Positions 23,033 through 32,435 of a stretch of 32,435 bases of DNA are shown piece by piece. A program made the position numbers and the translations under genes. Each line of letters starts with the position of its first letter. The stretch's first letter is position 1. The notes beneath the pieces are model-generated. The model saw only the letters and a list, made by a program, of their open reading frames with translations. It did not search any database and had not been told where the DNA came from. The DNA comes from Sarea resinae (lineage: Eukaryota): the NCBI GenBank assembly GCA_026026165.1, contig JAPEUD010000123.1:1-32435 (forward strand). Direction: 5' to 3'.

Positions 23033-24214
23033 ATGTCTTTCTCCTCTCCCGTTCGTTCGTTGTGCCTGCTCTTCTCGACAGCGGCCCTGATCGCTCCTTC
23101 GCTTGCTGTGCCCACCTCTTCTAAATGTGCGGCCGGCCCGGTGTGCCAGGATTTTTTCCTTTCCGTCACTGCCACCAGCCTTATTGCTCAGTTCCCGGAC
23201 TCTGCCCTGGCCAACCTGACCGATTCGTCATCGGTCGTCGCTGCAATCGACACTCTCGCGGCCAAGATCAACTCGACCGTCCACACTGACGTGACAGGAA
23301 CCTACAACATCAGCGCCAGGTACTGCGAACCTAATGTCACCATTGCAGACCGCAAAAGTTCCATTCAGCTCCTCGGCCACGGTATCACCTACACCAAGAA
23401 CTATTGGTCCGCACTTGGTGAACCCGGCTACGAACCCGAGCAGTACTCTTGGATCAGACACGCCTCTGCCAACGGCTACCCGACTCTCTCTATCGATCGA
23501 GTCGGATATGGCAACTCCTCCCACCCGGACCCCTTGATCGTCCAGTCCTCGCTGCAGGCCGCCGTGATCGCTAAGATCGCTGAGGGCCTTAAGGAAGGAC
23601 AGTTCGGCCTCCGCAGCTTCAAGAAAGTCGTCTATGTCGGACACTCTCTCGGCTCCGTCATCGGCAACACCTTGGCCACCCTGTTCCCCGACAGTGTTGA
23701 TGGCTTGATGCTGACTGGCTATTCCGCCGTTGCCTGGTACCCCGTCGTCCTCGCCACATTACCCATACCCGCCAACCTTTGGAACTCCTCCGAGTTCGGC
23801 GATCTGAGTCCCGGGTATATGGCTTCCTCCAGCTACGCGAACCGCCGAGATCTCATCTTCGGCCACGACGGCACCTTCGCCAACGAACTCCGAGTGCTCG
23901 AATTCGAGGAGCAAAATACGGCCCCCCTTGGCGAGATCATATCCATCATTCCCACCGTCGCCACCAACTTCACCGGCCCTGTCTCCGTCATCACTGGCTA
24001 TCAAGACACCGCTTTCTGTTCCACCCTGAGCGCCGAGGGCGCTTGTGGCGAGGGTGACAGTTCCCTGCCCGGTCAAGTGAAGATTCTGTTCCCCAACTCT
24101 TCCAACTTCACCTACTATACCCCCGCAGACATGGGCCATTGTCTCAACATCCACTACAAGGCACCCGAAGTCTTCGCGTACGCCAACAATTGGTTTGCGG
24201 ATCACGGCTTCTAG
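23033..24214 (+). CDS. Secreted alpha/beta-hydrolase-fold protein
   Basis: Intronless, with a signal-peptide-like start (MSFSSPVRSLCLLFSTAALIAPSLA). Motifs QLLGHGITY, IDRVGYGNSSHPD, nucleophile VGHSLGS, Asp in GYQD and His in GHCLNIH. TATAAG at ~22970. Confidence 0.88.
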   Translation: MSFSSPVRSLCLLFSTAALIAPSLAVPTSSKCAAGPVCQDFFLSVTATSLIAQFPDSALANLTDSSSVVAAIDTLAAKINSTVHTDVTGTYNISARYCEPNVTIADRKSSIQLLGHGITYTKNYWSALGEPGYEPEQYSWIRHASANGYPTLSIDRVGYGNSSHPDPLIVQSSLQAAVIAKIAEGLKEGQFGLRSFKKVVYVGHSLGSVIGNTLATLFPDSVDGLMLTGYSAVAWYPVVLATLPIPANLWNSSEFGDLSPGYMASSSYANRRDLIFGHDGTFANELRVLEFEEQNTAPLGEIISIIPTVATNFTGPVSVITGYQDTAFCSTLSAEGACGEGDSSLPGQVKILFPNSSNFTYYTPADMGHCLNIHYKAPEVFAYANNWFADHGF

Positions 24215-25873
24215 GTGGTAGGAGACAGACAACGCGCTGGTGGAAAACGGCTGGACGGCCGGTCAAGAGCCTTACTGTAATGTTCTCTGGGCCGGCACAT
24301 TGAGAGAATCCAGGGCCCTATCTAGACAGTCCCGTCTAGGAGTAAATATACGGGCGATATTCTATGTATAATGTATTGCCAGATAGTCTGCCGAGAACCA
24401 CGCACCAAGTCCTCGCGCATTCTTCCACTCACTCAGACAGACCAAGTCATTCGCCCATTATATAAACTAAAGCGGTCCTGCTTACCTGCGGTCTCACCTT
24501 GCTTCGCGCTCGAGGGTTGAACTGCCATGATGCAGGGGCTGACGACATCTGACATTGGATGGCAATGATGAGCAAAGTAGTCTGTCAGGAATTCCTCTTT
24601 TAACTAAGGAAAGAGGTCTTTATAGTGTACACAGAGCTATTGGCCTTCATGATGCTTCGGAGCATCATGAATCATGCCGGGACACTGCCTCCTTCGTCTG
24701 ATTCGAGCAAGGTTGAAGCACTGCCTCGACAGCATGACAGGGCCCGGAGTTGAACCGAATTCTGCCTTGCAAGCCCCTTCGATAATCCCTTTCGATAAAA
24801 TCACATATCGCGATCGAGACAGGACACAGGAAAACGAGGAGACCCTTACCGATCATAGAGTTCCGCTCCTCCCTGCTGCCTGCGGCCTACCTATCGTGTC
24901 AGCAGTGAGACTTGAGGGGCTGTGTTGCGTATGACGTACAATGTCGGAGATTGAGCAAATGCTCGAATGTGCTTGTTCGAGAGATGGAGAGAATCTTCTC
25001 GTCGGAAAGGCAATTGCCACATGATGGAGTGGGGGTCGAGAGGATGAGGGAACCGGCCACACTTTGGAGACCAGGCGGCAGGGAGACGCTTTGCCATAAA
25101 CGGTGCGCTAAACCGGAAAGCGTAATTTACCGTCATGCCCTGTACGGAGTAGTTCTCGAGTATTCGTACTGCGTAGAGGGCTGTGGATCTCAATCCCATC
25201 CATCAAATGAGGCATTGATGGGTTTGGATGGCTGCTCGCTCAGTTGCGCCTGGCATGCCGCAAAGAGACACGAAAAGGCTTGAAAGCAGCAGAAGCTTCG
25301 CTTCACCATCCATGGGTGTCGATGCACAACGTGAACACGGTCATGTCGCCGTACTGAGTACCTCCTACAGTAGGTATAAGGTAGAGTAGCTCCCTACTAC
25401 GTACATGTCCACTGCACATCCTCTTCTGTCACTCAACGGTCCTTGTCCTCCGTCGGATTTCCGCCTTGACCTCCCTACTAAGGTATGTATGTAGTACGCT
25501 GTACACCACCTAACCTCCACTCCCTCTTCCCAGCCCGTATCGTGATGGCGTAGCGCTCTTCCATCCATTTCGACTCCCATGGGAAGCTTCAGCGCCGTTC
25601 TTTATCCGTGATCAGTGTCCTCACGGCCAGGAGCTTGGAGCATTCAATCCTCTTGCCTTCACTCCTTTGAATCACCTCGGCCGTCCGATGTGGCCAGCGC
25701 TGGCGCATGAACCTTGGGACGAATCTCTAGGCAGCACGTTCGCTCCTCGGTCGTAACTATACGAAGCACGGTATGCCCTCCTCCGGACAGGGCGCCTGAT
25801 GATTCCACATGCCTTGCTCATTCGTCGAGTGCAGACTTTCCCACGCTCGTTGACATCCAATATCCCCAAGGCC

Positions 25874-27749
25874 ATGATGAATCTGTCCCGAGGTTTGGGG
25901 AGAGCAGATGAATCGTTACCGACGCTCAATGCTCTGAAGCAGGCTGTTCGTCCCATGGCCAGAGCTCGCAGACATAGGGTTGTCTTGATTGCCCTCGCAA
26001 CAGTTGTTCTCGTGATTACACTATCATGGCACGGCATGGACCATGTAAGCTTTACACCGCTTACACAGTACATTTGACGCTTGCTAATCATGCCATTCCC
26101 AGGTCTCCCAATCTAGATTCTTCCCTGCGTATCAAAAACCCGCATCGCCTCGGCCAAGCTCTGCAGCGGATGACATGATCTCTCCATTGCTTACGCCTTC
26201 GAACTCGTCAGCGTCACTGAACAGTTCGACGGTGCCAATCGCTTTGAAAAAGGAAAATCCGTCTTTCCACCTACTCATTCTAGCTTCGGAGCCGAATCCC
26301 AATCTATGCAAGACCCTTCTCTCGACCTTCATTCTCGACTACCCTCCCCCAACACTCATCAATTTCGAGCAAAATTCCCAGGACTCCAACGGCAAAAAGG
26401 CGTCGCGTGTCGGGAAGATCGATGGGGTATACGACTATCTACGGAAAGCAAAAGAAGTAGATGAAGATGACATGGCCCTCATCATCGACGGCTATGATGT
26501 GTGGTTTCAGCTCCCGCCAGAGGTCATGATCAAGCGTTATCACAATACCGTAAGCGAAGCGAATGATCGATTAAGGAGCAGGTACGGATTGGTCGTTCAG
26601 AATGGTTCTAGTGGGGATATGAATGTTGCGCCGAAATACACGGAAAGAGTCATTTATGGTGCGGATAAAAAGTGTTGGTCAAATGACCCGGCGGATCTTG
26701 CTTGCGCATCCGTCCCCGCATCCACCCTTCCTGAGACAAGTTATACATCGAAAACGGAATCGGATCCAAAGGGATCTCTAACCAAACCGCGGTTCCTCAA
26801 TCCGGGGACAGTCATTGGTCCAGTGTCTGACTTGAAAGCCATCTACGAGTCCGCTTCTAGGAAGATTGGGGAGAAGGATCGAACGGACATTGGCGAGCAA
26901 TCGATTTTTGCTGAGATCTTTGGGGAACAGGAATACCAGCGAGAAGAATTCAGGAAGTCTACGCAAACGTTTGGAAGTAGGTGGTGGGAATGGATTTCAG
27001 ACAAGCTGAATTACATTGATGGGACTGCCAACGCTACCAGCCCAAAGAACATGACCGTCTTGCCGGGCCAACAATACGAATTTGGAATTGGCCTCGACTA
27101 CGAGTCTTCTCTGTTCCAAGCCATTACTCACGCTGACTCCGATGTCGAGATGATCATTTACAATGACACCTCTCTCCTCACACATTTTGAAGCAACACAC
27201 CCCGCAGCAGGCGGCTCTCCACTCACTCTTCCCCCCGAGATCCTTCACTCGACATCTCCTTACTCTTTGCACAATGCCACGGACTCAACTCAAACTACTC
27301 TACCCCTGAGCCCCACCCTCGACATCCTACCTCAAAATAAAACCTGGAAAGACGTCTTCCTAGCTACAAACCTACGCGTTCCCAGCATTTCGCCCCTCCT
27401 CCACTTCAACGGTGACAAAAGCTATCTTTCCAGCTGGTGGAACCGAATGTGGTACCAGAGCGACGCACGGGCACTCCTCCGCCACTACATGCGAACGCCC
27501 GAGGGTTCACATGCCGCGCAGGCCGCGGCTGTCGGTGGGCAACGATGGTGGAACATGCGGGGTGGTACCGGCGGCGTCTGGACGGATAAAGGACACTGGT
27601 TGGAATGGGCTGATATCTGCGGTGGGTATGAGGACATCATCTTTGCGGATGGTAAAGGTCAATGGGGGAAGGAGGAGGGGTCAAAGAAGGTGTACAATGC
27701 TTTTGGCTTGCTGATATATGGTGATGAGGAGGATGATGATGATGAGTAG
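25874..27749 (+). CDS. Type II membrane protein resembling the PLOD/procollagen glycosyltransferase (GT-A) domain; uncharacterised fungal family
   Basis: Exon 1 (ATG 25874, or 25955) encodes RRHR plus a transmembrane helix. Intron 26045-26102 (GTAAGC..GCTAAT..CAG) joins it in frame to the 26175 ORF. Motifs LCKTLLS..LDYPPP, IIDGYDVWFQLP, IYGADKKCW, RFLNPG, LDYESSLFQ, LHFNG. Confidence 0.75.
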
Positions 27750-28099
27750 ATGTCTGCTGCTAGCTCTCCCGTTCGGTGGCTTCCGTGCTTGCTTGCTCTT
27801 CCTCTCCATCCATCTCTGGGTTTTCTATCTCGTTCTCTAGCATCTACATGGTACACGGGCATTTAGCTGGTCTGGTCTGGTCTGGTCTTGGCCCGGATAG
27901 ATTGGCCGGGCGTTCCCAGGAGTCGCTCCTGTTGTGGGTTTTATTTTTCTACGAGCTTCCAATCTACCCTATCGCTAAAATATCAGCTCTTCTGAGTTCA
28001 TCTCCTTTGTTTTCCGTCTATAGGTACTGCTAGGGTGCGTGAGCAACGGTCTTCGCTTCACCGACCATAAGAGATGGGCTATAGCGATTTACAGGCTGT

Positions 28100-28580
28100 G
28101 GCAGGAATTTTATCAAGCTGAATTTATATTAGAATTGAAAGTTTCATACTCGCAGTAGGTGTTAAACTATAACGATACTACATGAAGTATAGTATCTGTT
28201 AAATACATCCTATACCTAGAGGCGTCTAGTGTGTATTATCTGATGCAAAATAGTCTGACCCTTAAAGAGATACTATTATAGAAAGCTAATTATAGAAAGC
28301 TAATTATAAATTGTATGATTATATATATACAGAATTAGATCCACTGAATCTAGTACCTGTTGATAACTGAACCTTTTCGATCTTGACACAACCAAGGTTT
28401 TTCTACAAGGACTCTTATTTCACGAGCCACAGGTGGATCTGTTATTGATTTTGATGATGTGCGTTATGTGGTGCTATAAGATGTCGCTTAGATGCTAGAG
28501 ACCTCCTCGACGGCTCCGTCTCGGGAATCAGAATATGATCAAATATCTTTAAGTCATAATCTGCCCTAGAATTAATTCTT
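28100..28580. other. AT/TpA-rich island with a short tandem repeat
   Basis: GC is visibly lower than in the flanks, with abundant TA/TAG. ATTATAGAAAGCTA x2.4 at 28275-28308. Confidence 0.55.
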
Positions 28581-28645
28581 TACTCTCTCGGCACGTACTT
28601 TGGGGCTCCCTTTCTCAAAAAGAGGCCAATGTTCACCCCGCAAGA

Positions 28646-30171
28646 ATGGCGTCGGCATTCCTCGCAGCTCATGGCGTCAACCTGCAGCAAGAGATGACCC
28701 GAGTCCAATTTGGGGAAGACTCGGAGCAGGCCTTGAGTGCCGTTCAAAGCCCAGGCCATCAGCACTATGTTCCCATATCAAGAATTACAGGTGTCTATCT
28801 ACCCGGTAGAGATACAAATACTCTTTGGGACGTCACCATCTCCCCGGGACTGAATGAGCATCAAACTCGAGTCATTGAGTCCATCGAGCCCCACCAAGCG
28901 AATAGATTACAATTTCAGCATCCGTCCATCATAGATGCAGAGGGCCAGTTTCTTGGACCTTCCCTTTGCCATCCACACATTCATCTCGACAAGGCATTTC
29001 TTCTATCGCACCCCAAATATGCGGACTTGGAAATCGAAAGGGGCGACTTCGCCGAGGCCATGGATATTACTTCTCAAGCCAAGGCAAGGTTTGATGACGA
29101 CGATCTGTTGGAGAGAGGCCGTCAATTGATCAAGGAAAGCGTTTCTTGCGGTGTTACGTGTATGCGTGCGTTTGTGGAAGTCGATGGGAGCGTGGGCTTG
29201 AAATGCCTTGAAGCGGGATTGAAGTTGAAGAAAGAGTTCAGAGAAAGATGCCTTGTCCAGATCTGTGCGTTTGCTCAATTACCTGCTTTTTCGGGAGATG
29301 ATGGCGGGAGTGAGGTGAGGAAGTTGATGGAAGAGGCTGCCGAAAGGGAGGATGTAGCTGTTTTGGGAAGCACACCGTACGTCGAAGCTGATGAGAATAG
29401 AATGAAGGAGAATGTGGAATGGATCGTGGAGCTGGCCGTGAAACATCACAAACACCTGGATCTACATCTGGACTACTTCTTAGATGCTGAGCGTAAGCCG
29501 CTCATTTGGTACCTGCTGGATGTGCTAAAGAAACGGTGGCTATCAAGGGCATGGGCTGGCAAACGAATCGCTTTGGGCCACTGCACGCGGTTGACGCTGT
29601 TTGAGCCCGAGGAATGGAGGCACTTGGTCGACGAGATTGGGGATTTGCCCATTCATTTCGTGGGCTTACCGACGTCGGATCTATTTATGATGGGGAGGCC
29701 AGAAGAAGAACAGCCGTGTAGCCAGCGGACCAGAGGCACGTTACAGATTTTGGAGATGATCCAGAACCACGGGCTTCAGGGGGCAATAGGTGTCAACAAC
29801 GTGGGCAACGCCTTTACACCCCAGGGCACCTGTGATCCTCTGAGTGTAGCCAGTCTGGGTGTAGGTATCTATCAAGCGGCCAGTAAACAGGATACAGACG
29901 TCCTCTATGTAGGTCTTCTGGGCCTAATCGAGGCTGATGCTGGTGCTAATAGGGGCCATAGGAATGTTGCTCTTCGCGGGCGAAATCCGCGATTGGTCTT
30001 GCAGCAGGACCGCTCGCTCTGAGACCGGGAGTGCCGGCGAATCTTGTCCTTTTTAGAGGCAACCAAGGAGGAGATGGCGATTTTCGGAGAAGGAAGACCG
30101 TCCAATCTGTTGTTTACGACGCCGGTCCTGACCGGGTGGTCATTTACGACGGACGGAGAATAGCTGGATAA
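28646..30171 (+). CDS. Metal-dependent amidohydrolase, bacterial cytosine deaminase (CodA)-like family
   Basis: Exons 28646-29908 and 29962-30171 (intron GTAGGT..GCTAAT..TAG). Motifs HPHIHLDK, GVTCMRAFVEVD, VQICAFAQ, DLHLD, LGHCTRL, LPTSDLFM, GVNNVGNAFTPQG. Confidence 0.88.
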
Positions 30172-30492
30172 AGGACAGGGGTGTAGATCTCTTGATTGAT
30201 TGCAGCCACAAGCATAACATAGATTCATCATCACTACCTATGTAGAGCATCTCAATAAGAACACGGAATGGATGAATTGATGATTCAAATCGTGCTGCCT
30301 TGAGGCGTCCAGATAGTACGTCCCAATTGGGTTTAGCGTGATCTCCATTGACTTCGGCCAGAACGCGAAATCGCAAAGATGGAGCTTCGCGATCAAGCCA
30401 ACGCGCAGAATCTACCAACTTCACAGCGACTTATAGCGAGCAGCCATTGTCGAGATCGAGTGGGAGATTTCCCTGCCTAAAGGAGATTCACA

Positions 30493-31773
30493 ATGCAGCC
30501 AGGATATCGGAATTATCCTTCCCAAGGGGCACAGAGATCGCCTCATGCCCCTGCCACGGGCAGCCGAAGGGGACCAGGTCTGTCCGATCATTATGGCTCC
30601 TTCTTGCTTCAGGGAAGCTATCATTCTACAATGCTGACCGGATTCCAGGTCCTATCGTGGCCGGGCCTCATGGTGCTCAATCAGTCCCCAACGCCGCCCA
30701 ATTACAAGCACAGCAAGCTCTCGCGGCGCAAGAGCGAGAACTAGCCAAACGACGAGCTCGAAAGCCCACGGACAAGAACATCCCACCGGGCGTCGAGAAC
30801 TTCATCATTGGCGATGGCGCAAAGAATTACAAGGCCCTTCGCGATGTCGAGCGGAGGCTGGATGCGGTCATGATGAGGAAGCGACTGGATATCCAAGACG
30901 CCGTCAATCGAAACGTCAAGAAATACAAGACCTTGCGCATCTGGATCTCCAATACGGCCGAGAATCAGCCATGGCAAGCCAAAGGCCTTGATGAGAACGC
31001 CTTCGATTTCAGCACGGGAGTCGAGCCCACATATAAAGTCAAGATCGAGGGTCGACTGCTAGACGATGATGAGGATGATGAGGAGGACGACGACTCGGAA
31101 AACGAAGACGAATCGTCCGGCTCCGATGCAGACGAGATGGAGCACGACGGAGCGCCCAAATCCAAGAGTCCCAAGATCCCCAAACCGCGCAAGAAGCTCT
31201 CGCACTTTTTCAAATCCATCACGATCGACTTCGACCGCAGCAAATCGCTGCAGCCGGATTCGACGGCCCAGATCGAATGGAAGAAACCGGTGCTGCCGCC
31301 CAACACGGCCAACATCCCTCCGGCCGCCGACTTTGACAGTCTCGAGTTCGAGCGCAAGAGCGACGAGAACCTGAACTGCACCATCAGCCTCGTGCGCGAC
31401 GAGAACCCTGAGCGCTTCAAGCTGAGCAAGGAACTGGCGGAAGTGCTCGACACGGACGAGGAGGCTCGCGCGGGCGTGGTGATGGGCATCTGGGAGTACG
31501 TCAAAGCGATGGATCTGCAAGAGGGCGAGGACAAGCGAACAGTCCGATGTGACGACCGTCTGAAAGCCGTAAGCCCCCCTTCCCATTGACCTCCAAACCT
31601 CTCCTCCCCTCTCCTCCACCAAACCCGACCCAAACCTTCTAACTCCCCCTCCCCGCAGATCTTCCGCCAAGACCAAGTCTTCTTCCCCAAGATCCCCGAG
31701 CTAATAATCCCGCACCTCTCGCCCCTCCCCCCCATAACCCTGGCCTACACGATCCGCGTCGACCCCTCCCACC

Positions 31774-31808
<35 letters not shown>

Positions 31809-32261
31809 CCGTCCTCATCCTCATCCTCATCCCCATCGAGCACGGGGCCACAACCAACCATCTACGACGTGCGCCTCCCCCTGCAAGACCCGCTCCGCGC
31901 CCGCATGCTCGCCCTCACCACCTCCCCCGCCTACGCCACCACGCTGCGCGCCATCGGCGCCCTAGACGACCACCTCGCGCTCATCATCCAGGGGCTCGCG
32001 CACGCGGGCGCCAAGCACGCCTTTCTGGCCAGTCTGGCCGATGACCCCGAGGCGTTTGTTGGTCGTTGGGTCCGGAGCCAGAGGCGCGATCTGGAGGTTA
32101 TTCTTGGTGAGGCGGTTCGTGGTGGTGGTGGCGGTGGGGATGGCGGCGATATGGGGATGGGGATGGGGGAGGAGTTTCGGAGGGGTGGGATGGGGGGCGT
32201 GTGGGGGACGGAGGAGGTTAGGGAGGCGGTGAATTTGCTGCTGGCTACGCGGGGGAGGTAG
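30493..32261 (+). CDS. SNF12: SWI/SNF and RSC complex subunit Snf12/Rsc6/Ssr3 (BAF60 homologue, SWIB domain)
   Basis: Exons 30493-30577, 30649-31568, 31659-32261. Motifs KPTDKNIP, ERRLDAVMMRKRLDIQD, LRIWISNT, KIEGRLL, KLSHFFKSITIDF, SWIB domain FKLSKELAEVL..IWEYVK, and RWVRSQRRDLEVILG. Confidence 0.92.
31773..31808 (+). repeat. (CAA)12 coding microsatellite (polyQ) in SNF12 exon 3
   Basis: 36-bp perfect CAA run in frame, followed by (TCCTCA)3 encoding poly-Ser. Confidence 0.95.
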
Positions 32262-32435
32262 ATTGGGGGGGGGGGGGGGTTTCCATGGCGCTCGGCTTGG
32301 CTCGGCTCGGCTTGGTCTGGCTTGACTTGACTTGGCTTGTTCGGTCTCTGTTCTTTGTTTGTTTCTTCTTCTTCAAAGCTGTACTTGTATTGTGGTAATC
32401 TCGAGAAATCGTCCATACCCACGTCAGACAGATAG

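Overview
Gene-dense, intron-containing DNA from a filamentous ascomycete (GT..AG introns with CTRAC/CTAAT branch sites). It holds 11 apparently intact protein genes. In order: SPB4 helicase (3' end runs off the window), DGK1, RPS0, mitochondrial uS15, an ~830-aa low-complexity protein with internal repeats, PRS5-type PRPP synthetase, a METTL7-like methyltransferase, a secreted alpha/beta hydrolase, a PLOD-type glycosyltransferase-like protein, a cytosine-deaminase-like amidohydrolase and SNF12/RSC6. Two features are not visible in the ORF track. (1) A four-intron, RIP-degraded, 3'-truncated DUF3435 tyrosine recombinase pseudogene (Starship 'captain' family) at ~20.4-22.4 kb. (2) Three tandem ~65-80-nt imperfect hairpins at 11.5-11.8 kb, just 3' of the low-complexity gene. 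They share a conserved apical module (UY bulge-GAGCCC-loop-GGGUUC) and have divergent but still-pairing basal stems whose G-U pairs favour the minus (mRNA) strand. All calls come from reading and translating by eye; no searches or folding programs were run.
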